Positions 1 to 16,243 of a DNA stretch of 64,000 nt are shown piece after piece; positions within the stretch are counted from its first letter, which is position 1; the number at the start of each line of letters is the position of its first letter. The position numbers were made by a program, and so were the translations under genes. The stretch comes from Octopus vulgaris (Eukaryota). Below the pieces are notes generated by a model. That model was given only the letters and a program-made list of their open reading frames with translations. It had not been told where the DNA came from and made no database searches. The stretch lies in assembly GCA_951406725.2 (NCBI GenBank), contig OX597831.1, positions 11,904,001 through 11,968,000 of the forward strand. Direction: 5' to 3'.

Positions 1-574
1 AATAAGAAAAAGAAAAGAAAAGGAGAGGCAGAGGGCAGGAAAAGCTTGTTACATCCAATGATTCGGTGTCTAGATGTCAGGTGACATGTGACAGTGGCGA
101 CATGTGATTAGATGCAGCGGCGACAAAGGGTTCCTGTTGGCACCAAATTCGTGAAGATTTCTTGCTGGGTCGCCCTTGGAACATTTGTCTAAGGCCATTT
201 GTCTCTGACTCCAATGTCGTTAGTACATTGTATGGAGGAGGCGGCGGCGGCGGCGGCGGTTACGGTGGTGGTGGTGGTGGTGGTGGTGGTGGTGGTGGTG
301 GTGGTCAGGGTTGTAAGGGTGGTAAGGGTGATGATATTGGTGATGTTGGTGGTAGTAGTGGTGGCGTGTGTATATATATATATATATGGGGGGGCGTGTG
401 TGTGTGTGAGTGTGTGTGTGCCTGCTTAGTGTTCGTGATGGTGTTTCGCCTTCAATTAAACCCTACGCTCAAAGGCGTTCCAGCTATGACCATCCCATCT
501 TTGCTGCATGTACAAGAGAACCGAAGATTACTATCCAAACGTGTCTCGTGTCCCCTTATTTAAGAAAGAACGTT

Positions 575-1080
575 TCGGGATCGATAAATTAAGTACCAGT
601 GAAACACTGGGGTCGATGTAATCGACTAGTCCCCTTTTTCCAGATTTTCAGGCCTTGTGCCTTTAGTAGAAAGGATTATTAGGAGAACAGGTGTAAGGCG
701 ATGAGCTGGCAGAATCGTTAGCATGCCGGACAAAACACTTAGCGGCATTTTGTCCGTCTTTACGTTCTGAGTTCAAATTCCGCCGAGGTCGACTTCGCCT
801 TTCATCCCTTTCGGGGTTCGATGAAATAAATATCAACTAAGCACCCTCCCCGAAAATTTCAAACCTTGTGCCTATAGTAGAAAGGATTATTAGGATTGTG
901 CGTCGAACAAAGGGTTTAGCAGAATTTCTTCCGGCTCCCAACACTCTAAGGTCAACATTGCCTTTCATCTTTTCGGGGTTGATAAAAAAAAGGTACCAGT
1001 CAAGTTCTGGAGCCGATGTAACCGACTTGCCCCTCCCCTCAAACTAACAGGCCTTGCGCCAAAGTTAGGAGCAATTTCTA
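575..1080 (+). mobile_element. Cluster of three Meta-domain-like tRNA-derived SINE copies/fragments
   Basis: Head GGCGATGAGCTGGCAGAATCGTTAGC at 697, B-box GAGTTCAAATTCC, central GTCGACTTCGCCTTTCATCCCTTTCGGGG...AAGTACCAG; the same family recurs throughout the window. Confidence 0.8.
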
Positions 1081-1161
1081 AGAGAATAGAGTTGAGGGTG
1101 ATTCGGCTGCTATCAATAACAATTTTGTGAGATATTGTTGTTGTTGTTGTTGTTCTTCTTC

Positions 1162-1214
<53 letters not shown>

Positions 1215-1703
1215 TTTCTTCTTCTTCTTCTTCTTCTTCTTCTTCTTCTTCTTCTTCTTCTTCTTCTTCTTCTTCTTCTTCTTCTTCTTCTTCTTCTGCA
1301 GATTAGGACCGGATCACATCCGATCATGCAAACATTTTCTAGTCATGAATATTTTTTCCTGAAACAGGCTTTATGTATCTTGGACTACATCATCGATGTG
1401 TCTTTTCTTTTTAAACACGGTAAGATGGGATTTGAGAAAGAATTCCGCATTCGATTCGTACTTATAGATATAGAGATACATCCACCCACAAGACTTTGGT
1501 CGACCCGAAGCTATAGCAGAAGACACTTGCCCAGGGTGTGCCGCACAGTGGGACTGAACCCGGAACCATGTGGTGGGGAAACAAACTTCTTACCATACAG
1601 CCACACGTGTTTTTATACAAATATACATACACATATATATATATATACATACATACAAACAGACATATGTATGTGTATGTATATGTATGTATGTATACAT
1701 ATA

Positions 1704-1739
<36 letters not shown>

Positions 1740-1933
1740 TGTATGTATGTATGTATGTATGCGGTTGCACATCTCATACGTACACATTACAGAAGGGATG
1801 CTGTTGACACAGTATCTTATATATAGGTTTTGCTCCAGCATGGCCTCTGCTATCGGGCTGAACAAGTACAAGACATATTGGTATATATATTTATACCTAA
1901 TATTACTTTTGTACAGAAGCCTGTGAGAGTGTA

Positions 1934-3639
1934 CACTACCGTCAGAAATTAATTAGCACCCTTGATTTTCTCTTCACTCAAGGTATTTGCTGTCACCTAG
2001 TTGCCATATCTCGAACTATTGCTTTGTTGTGAGTTCACTGTTGCGCAGAACGATGACGTAACTTTGTTTGCAGAGCAGTTTGAGAGTCTACAGCCTAATG
2101 ATGTTGACATAGCAGTGCAACAACAACTTGGAGTGCGGATGCAGACAAATCTTCCTTTGTTTAATAGATATAGGTAGCGCCTCGCAAGGACCGAAATCAC
2201 ACCGTACTAAGTTTTCTCATCGCGTAAGACGTTTTGAACAGCTCGTAGGTTAATTGATTTGTGTATTTGCAAGATTTTTTTTCCTCACAAATTCTCCTAC
2301 ACTCTGCTTGATGACGTCACTTCTGGTTCACAAAACTTTCTGTTATACATCAAATAAGGTGAGAAATTCTGCTTTCTTTCTTTTTTGTTTAATGAATAAT
2401 AACTCATAGCAGTTTTGTTATAGCATAACATTATTCAAATGAATAGTTTTAATGAAAATAACTGGTTTTTATCGTTCATTCCTAGATGGGCCCAAGACCT
2501 CGCATGACCTTGGAGAGACGGTACGAGGCTCTCTCGTGGCGTGGGAAGCTGTCGGAGGCTGCAATAGCCAGAAAACTTGGTGTAGCCAGGCGCACAATTC
2601 AGTGCTTATTTAAGAAATACGAGGAAACCGGATCAGCAGCTGACAAAAAGGGTAGGGGACGGAAGAGGCTGACGACCCAGCGGGAGGACCGGATGCTGAT
2701 CCGAAAGTCGCTGTACAACCGAAGGGCAACGAGCCAGCAACTGGCGGAGGAGATGCAAAAGATGACAGGGAAGCAGTTGTCTACAACCACCGTCAAGACC
2801 AGATTACTGGAAGCTGGTCTAAAATCCTGTAGGGCCGCCCATAAGCCGCTCCTTACAGCCCAAAACTGGAAGAGGCGGCTGCTCTGGGCCCGTGCCCACA
2901 AGACATGGACCGTGCAGCAGTGGTGGACAGTGATGTTCACTGACGAGTCGCGATTCAGTCTCGTCAGTGACAAGCCTGTCCATGTGCGACGCTGCAGGGG
3001 TGAGCGCTTCAACAAAGACTGCATTGCTCTCACCAAGAAGCATGGTGGGGGTGGTCTGATGGTGTGAGGGGCGTTCAGCTACAGTGGTGTTGGGCGGCTC
3101 TATGCCGTCGAAGGCAACATCAACGCAGCAAAGTACGTTGAGATAGTACGGGATACCTCTTTGGTGGCGAGGAGTACGTGCTCCAGCAGGACAACGTGCC
3201 TTCCACACAGCCAAGCTCACAACCGGTTTCTTCAAGGACCATGGGATGACGGTCATGGACTGGCCTGGCCAGTCACCTGACCTGAACCCTATTGAGAACC
3301 TCTGGAGTCGATTGGGTAGGGATTTGAATGTGCAGCAATACAGGAACCGACACAAGCTGTTTGGGGCACTTCTTGCTGCATGGAGGGCCATCCCTGCACA
3401 GTACCTGCAGGCACTCATAGACAGCATGCCGACCCGCGTAGCAGCTGTCATTGCTGCCAAAGGAGGAGCAACAAGTGAATAAATTTCACGATTAATAACA
3501 ATTATGTGGTGTGCTGGGATATGTTTTAATAAATTTTTGATTATAAACGAGTTCGTTTCTGATAATAAGTTAATTAAATTAAGAAAATGTAAGAAAATGT
3601 AGAAATTTGAGAAGTGCTAATTAATTTCCGACGCAAGTG
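1934..3639 (+). mobile_element. Full-length Tc1-like (DD34E) DNA transposon, defective
   Basis: 26-bp TIRs CACTACCGTCAGAAATTAATTAGCAC (1934-1959) and its inverse at 3614-3639 (3 mismatches); TA on both sides (1932-33, 3640-41); internal transposase. Confidence 0.93.
2486..3482 (+). pseudogene. Tc1 transposase pseudogene (HTH + DD34E)
   Basis: IARKLGV HTH, GRGRKRLT linker, MFTDESRF, KHGGGGLMVW with TGG>TGA at 3065-67, QQDN, WPGQSPDLNPIENLW; 34 residues between the second D and E after correcting one frameshift. Confidence 0.93.
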
Positions 3640-3640
3640 T

Positions 3641-4620
<980 letters not shown>

Positions 4621-4935
4621 GTAACTGAATTTCTACATGACGAAGTATATTCGGGAATTTTTCGGTTTTTGGTCGATTATTTATCGTGTATGAAATCTTC
4701 GTCAGGACACGTATGAATCTATTTGGGAATGTATGTCCGTGGATGCATTTATGCGTTTCTGTATTTCATTTTTTTTACTTATTTATTTACTCGTTAATTC
4801 ATTTATTCATTCGCTGATTTATTTCTTCTCCATTTTCATTCAAATTTATTCTTCGTTTTCATTTCTGTTATTTTCAACTTTATTCTTTTTACTTTGTATT
4901 GTCGGAGCTATTTTTTTTTTTTACTGTTCAATTAT

Positions 4936-4969
<34 letters not shown>

Positions 4970-5468
4970 AACACACCCTCAATGTTATCGGAAGTCGTCC
5001 ATCACAGTTGTAGTTCGGCCGTCATTTGATCTCGGAAACTAACGACTCAATTATGTCGTCTGTTATAATATCTCTGACAAGCGTAAAATGGCGTCTATTG
5101 TATAAAATGTCGACCGTTTTCGAGATGAGAAAATTTCACGCCCGCCTTTCTTTTCACTGCGTATTTATAAAAAAAAATTAATAATAAACACACACAGCCA
5201 TGCATATAAAGCTCTCCACTCGGGTAGACCAAAGCAGTCTCTGCTAAACCCCGTGCCTACCCAAACTCCCCGCTAAACTAGACACCCCGTGCCTACCCAA
5301 AAATCCCGCCTTTTTCTCCCGTCACCATTTTTTTCTTTCTTCTTTTCTTTGTTTTAGTATTTTCAGTCTTGTTTTTGTTTTTGCCATCTTCTTCACTTTG
5401 ACTGCTTCTGTCTTTGTCTCTGCCTCTCTCTCTCTCTCTATCTCTATCTCTCTATCTATCTCTTTCTG

Positions 5469-5509
<41 letters not shown>

Positions 5510-5608
5510 ATATTCCTATCTATCGATGTATTTCTGTCACTTCCCTTCTATGTATATGTATGTATGAGTGAGTGAATGTATTTATGAATATACGCCTATG
5601 TACATATA

Positions 5609-5653
<45 letters not shown>

Positions 5654-5779
5654 GTACATAAACATGCGCAAATACACATACACACACACACACACCGAGG
5701 TGAGATAGATAGATAGATCGGCATATTTCTCCCATATCTCTCTCTTTCTTCTATTCTGTCAGACCCTCTCTGTCTCTTT

Positions 5780-5837
<58 letters not shown>

Positions 5838-6240
5838 GCACACACACAATGCATTCATAAACACATACTGCTAAACTAATAAAGAAGTTAATAGTGGATC
5901 ATTTTACATGGTAGAAATAATAGCCAAATATCCCTCAAATTACATCTTAGCCTTTTCGATAAAAAAAAACGTATATGTTGAGCAAAATTACCCGGAGATA
6001 CACTACTAAAAAGACGAGATGGTCCTGGCTGGAATTTCTCTATTCAGTCAAGCCTGGCCTGTGGTTAAACAACAAATACAACATAAATATTCAGCATGTC
6101 CGTATACTGAAAGGAAATGTTTTCCTTAAAAGGGAAAACAGATCCAGAACAACAACAACAAAAATAATAACGACAACAACAACGTGGTTACCTCAACAAC
6201 AACAACTAAAATTGAGAGAAACCAACAAAAACAAGAATGA

Positions 6241-6297
<57 letters not shown>

Positions 6298-6298
6298 C

Positions 6299-6645
6299 CC
6301 TTCTACTAGAGGCACAAGGCTTCAAATTTGGGGGGAGGGATTAAGTCGATTATATCGACTCCAGTGTTTCACTGGTACTAATTTTATCGACCCCAAAAGG
6401 ATGAAAGGCAAAAGTCGACTTCAGCGGAATTTGAACTCAGAACACAAAAGACAGACAAAAGACTGCGAAGCATTTCGTCCAACATGCTAACGATTTGCCA
6501 GCTCGCCGCCTTAATAATAATTATTTATTTACTACCCACAAGGGGCTAAACACAGAGAGGACAAACAAGGACAGACAAACGGTTTAAGTCGATTACATCG
6601 TCCCCAGTGCGTAACTGGTGCTTAATTTATCGACCCCGAAAGGAT
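6299..6645 (-). mobile_element. Meta-domain-like SINE (6299-6510) plus a 3' fragment of a second copy
   Basis: Reverse complement of GGCGGCGAGCTGGC head, B-box and GTCGACTTTTGCCTTTCATCC core; flanked by (AAT)n. Confidence 0.85.
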
Positions 6646-6853
6646 CATCATTATTATTATTATTATTATTATTATTGCCTTTGCACAGCTTCTAGTGCTG
6701 GAGATGTACTACAGTGTCAGCTGTTCACTGCCAGTGAACTAAGGTAACACCCCTTATTTTTCGAGCACCTTCCGGAGTATTCGAGCGGCTCCAAGCAATG
6801 CTGTTTTCTGCAAGTGCTCCACCCTTATTGCAGCCCCTATTTGTTCCATGTAC
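6646..6853 (-). mobile_element. 5'-truncated R4/Dong-like (RLE) non-LTR retrotransposon 3' end in a (TAA)n tract
   Basis: Minus strand 6852-6754 reads YMEQIGAAIRVEHLQKTALLGAARILRKVLEK*, matching the QKxALLGTARILRKVL C-terminus of R4/Dong elements; short 3' UTR, then (TAA)n; (TAA)n also on the other side. Confidence 0.8.
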
Positions 6854-6864
6854 TATTATTATTG

Positions 6865-6934
<70 letters not shown>

Positions 6935-7019
6935 CATTGTTGTTGTTGTTGTTGTTGTTATTGTTGTTGTGTTGTTGTTGTTAATGGGTCTTCGTCAGTT
7001 TCGACGATTGAGTTGCTAG

Positions 7020-7112
7020 AAAACTGAATTAACGTGTAAGTGGCTATTCCACATACAAATTGCACATTACTCTCTCTTTCTCTTTCTCTCTCTTTTTCTT
7101 TCTCTCTCTCTT

Positions 7113-7165
<53 letters not shown>

Positions 7166-7294
7166 CGTTCGCTCCTTCACTTCCTTCCTTTCTCCCCCAC
7201 TCTTTAGTTCCGCCTTAATGCGCCATGCCCCCCATTCAACGCCCATCAGGGTCTCCCATTCCAAAATCTGAAGATTCATAATTTCTCTCGGGCA
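7020..7294. repeat. Left arm of long-range inverted repeat A (partner 17595-17826)
   Basis: AAAACTGAATTAACGTGTAAGTGGC...TTTCTCTCGGGCA is the reverse complement of 17595-17826 apart from a ~20-bp indel, CT-tract length and a few substitutions. Confidence 0.92.
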
Positions 7295-8013
7295 ACAGAA
7301 CCGCAACGTTCGTTTCCCATTGCCCTCCGTTTAGTTACAACTTACACTCTTAGTCGCCTACTCTCCCGAGCTTACCTTTGATGTACAAGGCCCAAGGAAC
7401 TCTTAAGCAAGGGGTGTATTTCACGTGAAATCAGGGTGCGTTCACTCACCGGTGCGCCCTTTCGACTCATGCTAAAAGACCAACGTTTCTTTGAGTCCTA
7501 TATGCCTATTCCTACGGGACCATTTTTGGTACTTAACCCATGACTGAGGCCCTTAGCATGTTCCACCATCCCGGAGCAGAGTATACCTAGGAGTACTAGT
7601 GACTAAAGAGTAACTCTATACTCTCTCAAATTCTCAAACTCCCCAGCTGGAGTCACGCCACAGAATGCAGTTTAACGTTTCAGTGGCGTAGCGTGGGTAT
7701 GAAGGGGGAACGGATCACACGGGGTGGTCTCTCTATATACATGCTTTTGCTGTAGTCGAAGATACGAGGGTATGTTACGTTTTAGGAAGTAGGGTGGGCA
7801 GAGGCCAATTAGGCCACAACACAGAAATAGCCAAACCCACGTTACTTCCTTATATAACGTAAGTCCAGGGCCTCATAAGGAATGGGCAAACTAACCAGTT
7901 GACCAGGGTTCTCACAGATTTAGGGGCCCAATTCTAATTTATAGATGTTATGGCTTGCTATTATTAAATCAATACTATAGGGCTCTACACATACATTTTC
8001 CCAAGAGTAATGG

Positions 8014-8222
8014 GGAGAAGCGTGGCTTAGCGGTTAGGGTGTTAAACTCTTGATCGTAACATTGTGGTTTCGATTCTTGGACCGGGGATGACGCTTTGTA
8101 TTCTTGAGCAAAACTCTGTGACGGACCGGGGTCCTGTCCAGGTGGGGAATTCATACGTTATGGAAACCGGGAAACCGGGAAACCGGCCCTCATCAGTCGG
8201 CATGACTTAGGAAGGGTCTTTA
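8014..8222 (+). mobile_element. tRNA-derived SINE, degenerate
   Basis: A-box TGGCTTAGCGG, B-box GGTTTCGATTC, CTTGAGCAA motif, GTCCTGTCCAGG...GGAAACCGGG central segment. Confidence 0.6.
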
Positions 8223-8525
8223 TCATATCTTACCTATTCATTTGTCCTGGGGCCTTCGATGCTGCTGAGGCGGCTCTACTTAAGACGTATTACTGTGTTC
8301 CTTAAAGTAATTCGCGGATAGACTCTGAGAGTTGTCATACAACGCTGAACCTTTGAAGGATAAGTTATAAATCACCTGAAAGGCTTCACAAGGTGCGGAT
8401 CGATCCGAGCCTAAGGTAGAAGGACTTGCTCAAGATGTCACGGCACCTGATGGTTGTGAAGTGGATTCCTTGGCTATACGGTCGTGTTGCGTCAGACAAT
8501 TGTCACAAACAACCACATAAAACGT

Positions 8526-9380
<855 letters not shown>

Positions 9381-9597
9381 TATAAGCATTACCATTATTA
9401 TCAACATCGCCATTCCTAACGCTAGAATTCTCTCTTTATATTCTAAGTTCCTCTTGCACTTCCTACATTCAATGTGAGACCTACAGGTCTGTGCGCGTGC
9501 GCCGCTGCGAGTAGGAGTTGCGTGCAATACATGCAAATGCATATTACGTATATGTATGTATACATATATATTTGTATACATACATACAAATATATAC

Positions 9598-9628
<31 letters not shown>

Positions 9629-9710
9629 TATACATATACATACATATATATATATATATAGTTATATGTATACATATATGAGTATATGTGTATGTGTGTG
9701 TATATATATG

Positions 9711-9745
<35 letters not shown>

Positions 9746-10404
9746 ATGCATGTGACTATATGTGTGTATATATATATGTATGTGTGTGTATGTATGTATG
9801 TATGTATGTATATGTATATGTATGCACACATGTATGTATGTATGTATGTATGTATGTATGTATGTATGTACGTATGTATGTATGTATGTATAAAGTTTTA
9901 GAAACGGAAATAAAACAGAATGTAAACGGTAGGAAAATAATGAGATCGAAAACGAAATTCAAACAGTGAAGAGATTAAAATCAAAATAGAAAGACAAATG
10001 AACGAATATGTAAATAAATAAATAAATAAATGAGAAAATAAAGGAAAAGAAGAGAGAAACAAAGAAGAGGAAGGAGATGGAGAGAAAGAAAGGAAGAATG
10101 AGAGGAAGGCATGAATGGTTTGGAAGAGAAATTGGAGGAAAAAGGATAATCGGTTTAGAGTTTTATTGGTTTTGTTTCTGGTTCTTGTGGAGTTTTTTGT
10201 TTTGTGTTTTTTCGGGTTTTTTTTTTTTGTCCGGGAATTCATAGGAATTTGAAATAAACTACTGACATTTCGAAAGCTGACAATGTGTGCTTCAAGAAAG
10301 AGGGAGAGAGACACGGGGGGAGAGGGGGAGGGAAAGGTGATGCGATGGGAGATATATATACATTCATACATATATATGTAAATATAAATGTATGTGCACG
10401 TGAA

Positions 10405-10436
<32 letters not shown>

Positions 10437-10904
10437 CACACATGCATATATATATATTTACATATATACATATATATATATGCATATATATAGATACACA
10501 GACACTCATATACATACACACATACACACACACATATACATATATATATATACACACATGCAAATATATATATATAGCAGCAATGCTTAGCAGTGATTCA
10601 ATCTGACACAACAGTTGTGAAACAATTCCATTGATGTGACACAGACATTACCACCATTGCTCACTTCCCCTCACACACACACACACACACCACCACCACC
10701 ACCGCCACCACCATCATCGTGATCATCATCTGTCGGAAGGGATGTACACGACTAAACGGACTGTCGTATAACCTACGTACAAATGATGATGACGATGATG
10801 ACGATGATGATGATGATGATGATAATGACGACGGCGACGACGACGAAGATGATGATGATGGTGATGATGATGATGATGATGATAGTTGATGGTTGAGTAA
10901 CGAA

Positions 10905-11332
10905 GAAAACCCCCGAAAGGATGAAAGCAAAGTCCACTTTGATGGCATTTAAACTTGGAATGTTAAGCCGGACGATATGCTGCTAAGCATTTTGTCCGAC
11001 GCGGTGGGGTGGGGAGAGGATTAGTCGATTGCATCGACTCCAGTGTACCACTGGTACTTAATTTATCGACTCCGAAAGGATGAAGGGCGAAGTAGACCTC
11101 GATGACATTCAAACTCAAAACGTAAAGTCGGACGAAATACCGCTAAGCATTTTGTCCGGCATGTTAACGATTGTCATTGGGTATCCTTAGATAATGAGTT
11201 TCAAATTTTGGCACAAGGCCAGCAATTTTAGGGTCGGGATAAGTCGATTAAATCAACCCCAGTGCCCAACGGGGACTTATTTCATCGACCCAGAAAGGGT
11301 GAAAGGCAAATTCCACCTCAGACGAATTTGAT
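10905..11332 (-). mobile_element. Three tandem Meta-domain-like SINE fragments
   Basis: Repeated CCGAAAGGATGAAxGC..AAGT.GACCTC motif and GCTAAGCATTTTGTCCG. Confidence 0.75.
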
Positions 11333-11526
11333 ATCGCCGCCTTCTGTCTACGTGTATCATTACATAATGATCGTAGAAAAGAGATAAGAATGATCCACAA
11401 TGGTAAGGACAGATGAAAGCTGGTGCCATAGATTCGGATAATATTCAATCCAAGACTGTTGATTGTTCATTATAATTACGGCCTTCAAACGGAATCTTTA
11501 ATCGTTTGTCTTTAATCGTTTGTCTT

Positions 11527-12340
11527 TTAGTTGTGTCAATCATTTGACTGCGGCCATGCTGGGGCACCGCCTTAAAGATTTTTAGTCGGACAAACCAACC
11601 CTAGTACGTCTTTCTTTTTTCTTTTTTTTATATCTGATACTTATTCTATCCTTCTCTTTTGCCGAGCAGCTAAGTTACTAGGACGTAAACAAACCAATAC
11701 TGGTTGTCAAGCGGTGATGGCGGATATGGGGAGAACAGAAACTCAAAGTTACACCCACCCACTCCACACGGTGGGCTTCCACACAGTTTCCATCTACTAA
11801 ATTCACTGACAAAACATTGGTCTGCTCGGGTCTATAATAAAAGACAATTGTCCAAGGAGCCGCGCAGTGGGACTGAACCCAAAACCACGTAGTTGTAAAG
11901 CGAACCTCTTAACCTCGCAGCCATGACCCCCGCACCGACTGATTCTATTTTATTCTTTTACTTGTTTCAGTCATATGACTGCGGCCATGCTGGAGCACAG
12001 CCTCTAGTTGAACAAATCGATTCCCCGGACTTATTCCTTGTAAGCCTAGTACTTATTCTATCGTTGTCTTTTTGCCGAACCGCTAAGTTATGGGGGTGTA
12101 AACACACCAACATCGGTTGTCAAGCGATGGTGGGAGGACAAACAGACACACAAACATACACACATATATATAAACATATATACGACGGGCTTCTCTCAGT
12201 TTCCGTCTACCAAATCCACTCACAAGGCTTTGGTCGGCCCGAGGCTATAGTAGAAGACACTTACTCAAGGTGTCACATAGTGGGACTGAACCCGGAACCA
12301 TGTGGTTGGGAAGCAAGCTACTTACCACACAACCATGCCT
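11527..12340 (-). mobile_element. Two tandem CORE-type SINE copies (octopus OR1/OR2-like)
   Basis: Reverse complement of GTGGCTGTGTGGTAAG...GGTTCAGTCCCACTG...CCTTGGGCAAGTGTCTT...GGTGCTCCAGCATGGCCGCAGTC. Confidence 0.85.
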
Positions 12341-12399
12341 GTTAATTCTGTTAATTTTTCTTTCCTTTTTTTCTTTTTGCTTAGTCACTGGGACTAAAG

Positions 12400-13070
12400 A
12401 TTGTGATTGTAGATTTCAGAAAAATCAAACTCATTCCTTGGATAATATAACCTGGAAAAGTATTATACGCCTGAAAACAAACGAGATGGTCGTGGTTGGT
12501 ATGTCCTTGATCATCGGTTGTTCATTGAGTGCGGAACTAAAGCTACACAAACAACCACCAATGCACTTGATCACAGGTATTAATGGTAAGCAATTAGCAT
12601 CAGTCCTAGGGTGGCCGCCCAAGAGAAATAGCTGCTAAATATTCCTCCATTCACACCCTACACTCTTTGTAAAGGCTGTGTTGGATATTGTAGTTGTAGT
12701 TTCCCCGTACATAGGAAAAGGACAGACAGTTTGGTCACGGTTGGATGGAATTGATCAATGGTGTGACCTCGAGCTAAGTAACAACAACGGCAATTATAAA
12801 CTATATCATACCACCTCCCACGTAGACACCCGATTCATCATCTTTGTCCAAGGGCTAAACATCGGTTGCTTGTCCTGCTAAAAATAGCAGCTACATCTCC
12901 ACCAGATCATACCCTTTTTAAAAGCAAAGGAAGGCAGACAATGGATAATGGTGATTCTAGATACGATGTGTTTGTAAAACAAAACAGATGGAGTGGGCAC
13001 GCTGGGAAACCTTTTGATCAAAGGTCTGTTTGATCACAGTTGACTGGAGAGGTAAACGTTAACAACAACA
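12400..13070 (+). mobile_element. Three diverged tandem copies of an unclassified interspersed repeat 3' end
   Basis: Recurring GAAATAGCAGC...CACACCCTAC...GATGGTCACGGCTGG...TGACC.GG.GCTAAACAACAAC; related copies at about 5910-6080, 18380-18460 (-), 19070-19140 and 22010-22200. Confidence 0.6.
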
Positions 13071-13931
13071 ACAGCAATAACATAACACAATCACCACCAT
13101 CACCATTATCATCAGCATCGCCACGACCAGAACCACTACTATCACCCACACTACCACAAACCTTGTAATCACCACCACAACACCAACACAATCATCACCA
13201 TCAACTCGGTCTCAAACCACCATTGTTACCACTCTCCCCGCCACCACCCAGGTCATTACCCACCACAACCCCACCACCACCACCACCACCACCACCACCA
13301 CCACCTATGCCTTCACCACTTTCACTACCACCTTTGGTCCCCCCCTGCTCCACTTCACAACCCGCGGTTATCGTTATCTCCACCCACAATCCGCTACCTT
13401 TCCCCTCACCACCCCCACCCCACCCGCATCACTTACACCACCGCTACCAATACCCCTCAACAACACTCTCCCTACCATCACCCACCCACCCCCCACCTAT
13501 ACTAAGCCCTAAAGTCAACCGGGGGTGTTACAATATTCAAACGGTGGCACCTCGCTGATACGGAGGGGGGGAAGGACACGGACAGCTGGGGGCGAGCGGG
13601 GTGGAGCCAAAATTATTCAATTAATCATCTGTGATAATAATTAGCAATTAAGTTTCCATGCCCTAACTAATTGAAGTGTGTGTAAGGCGGTGTGTAAGGG
13701 GGGTAGAATGATATTGTGTGAGTAAGATAGGAGTAGGGGGCAGGTGACTGGATTCGGTTTTCTTTTGGGCGGGTTTGTGTTGACGGGGGAGATAGAGGGA
13801 GAAAATGAGGAGAGAGAGAGGGGGGAGGGAAGGAAGGAGAGGATTGGGCGAGGCAGAGAGAGGGAGAGATAAAGATGGGTGGGGCGATAGCAAGATGTCA
13901 GTCGTTTTTATTAATTTTTGACAAGCAGCAA

Positions 13932-14112
13932 AATGAAGGAATTACAAGAGACACGGGCGTTTGTGAGTAGTGAGTTCATATCGCCACTCTGGCGGCGATT
14001 TAATTAAGTCTGTGGGACAAAGGATCGAATTTCTTATGTTTCACTTCACCTTATTGCGTTACATAGGTATTTGAAGTGTAGCTGCGAAGATTTACCTGTG
14101 ATGAACTATCGA
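13932..14112. repeat. Left arm of inverted repeat B (partner 15534-15714)
   Basis: 181 bp, reverse-complement match with one mismatch found by eye. Confidence 0.96.
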
Positions 14113-14662
14113 TCTCTCAATGGCTAAGAGAATTTATATACCTCTCAGTCACAGCCACTTAAAGCGGTTTGTGTTGTCGACGGTTAAAAATAGATATATG
14201 TTCCTATATTTAGTTGTTGCTTATCGTTGTTCTACGTTCAAATACTTCCTAAGCAGAATAAAATTTTGACCCCAGATTTAGGGCAGATTGGCAATAATTA
14301 ACTTTGCAAAAGCTTTCACAATTTCTTGTTAAATTCGTGCCTTACTCTTAGCTCATCTGAGTAGATCCGTAGGACAAAATATGTGGTTCCAAGTTTCAGA
14401 TCACCGGATTATGTTGGGTAGACACTTGCAGCTTATTTGTGATAGGAATATGTCCCCAACCAAACTGATACACACACACACACCACCACCACTACACATA
14501 CATAATATCAGACTCCAAGTGTTGATGGTCTGCGTCGGCAAGATTTGTATTATTTCGTTAAAATCGACAAAAGGACTACAGTGAACTTACCATCCACCAA
14601 ATTCATTCGCAAGGCATTGGTCGGTCCAGTGGTACAATAGAAGACTCTTGCCCTTGATGCTC

Positions 14663-15022
14663 TGTTTGTTTGTTTGTTTGTTTGTTGAGCGAAGCGGTCT
14701 TCGTCCCATTATTGGGAGAAGTCCGAAACGTGGTCCTTTGCTATTCGTAAGACCCACAGAAGAGGGAGCAGGTCAACCCCCGACGCCGAGAGCATCAACG
14801 CATGGATGAATGCGCATCCAGGCTCAGCGGTTGCGTAGGAAGTCGGGGACAAGAAAGAGTGAGAGAAAGTTGGAGCGAAAGAGTACAACAGGGGTCGCCA
14901 CCACCCCCTGCCGGAGCCTCGTGGAGCTTTTAAGTGTTTTCGCTCAATAAACACACACAACGCCCGGTCTGGGAATCGAAACCGCGAGTCCGCTGCCCTA
15001 ACCACTGGGTCATTGCGCCTCC
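14663..15022 (-). mobile_element. tRNA-derived SINE with (AAAC)n tail, nested in an older CORE-type SINE
   Basis: Minus strand GGAGGCGCAATGACCCAGTGGTTAGGG...GGTTTCGATTCCC head and (AAAC)n tail; host SINE halves at 14585-14660 and 15023-15090. Confidence 0.8.
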
Positions 15023-15311
15023 GTGTAGTGGGGCTGAACCCAAAAGTACGAGGCTGGAAATGAACTTCTAAACCACGCAGCTATGCCTAATGTAAGACAT
15101 CAATGTCATAAGTTATTAAATGGGTAGCACCAGCTGGGGGGAACGGCAGAAAATGTAACGAAAGTTACTGTCAGAGCTTTTTCCCACCGATCTTGCATTC
15201 AGCTCTTTCTGGGCAGAGTCCATTTTGATTTTCTTCCTTTCAAATTTGATAAAATGCTTACCAGATGTGTTCTGGAACCAGGTCAATCGATTATACTTCA
15301 GGTTTTCAATA

Positions 15312-15714
<403 letters not shown>

Positions 15715-15982
15715 GTGTTTTAAAAGATTAGTATAGAAGACGGAGCGTAACTAGAAGCATTCATTGGCACAACAATCGTTTTGGCTTCATTCTGCACAAC
15801 TCTCTGGTGGGCGTGGGACGATGTAATAACACCGGATGCAACGCAGAGCCTCCTCAGGTGACAAAAGATTCTTTGCAACTTCTGCAGGCACACTACCAGG
15901 GACTTACCCTGAAACAAGGTTTGGATAATGCATTTTACGCCTACTTTCTAAACCATGATTTTTTAATTTTTAAAAATTTTAC

Positions 15983-16027
<45 letters not shown>

Positions 16028-16185
16028 CTTTCATAGGTTTCGGCTGGTATTGGCCCAAGCCATATCTAACTTAATAGCACCACCTGGCGAAGTGGAAGTC
16101 GAAGCAGATAAAGCTATAAATGACAGGATGGAACTATTGGGTAAAAGAATGATATTTACACGCTTTTATACATCTACTTCGTGGA

Positions 16186-16243
<58 letters not shown>

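Noticed and set aside
4630-4712. CTGACGA on the minus strand with downstream GAAA
   Set aside because: No adjacent helix I or III; better explained as a short TGACGAAG/CTTCGTCA inverted repeat
15730-16141. Exon-like open stretches with AG/GT boundaries
   Set aside because: No recognisable protein in any frame and no consistent multi-exon model
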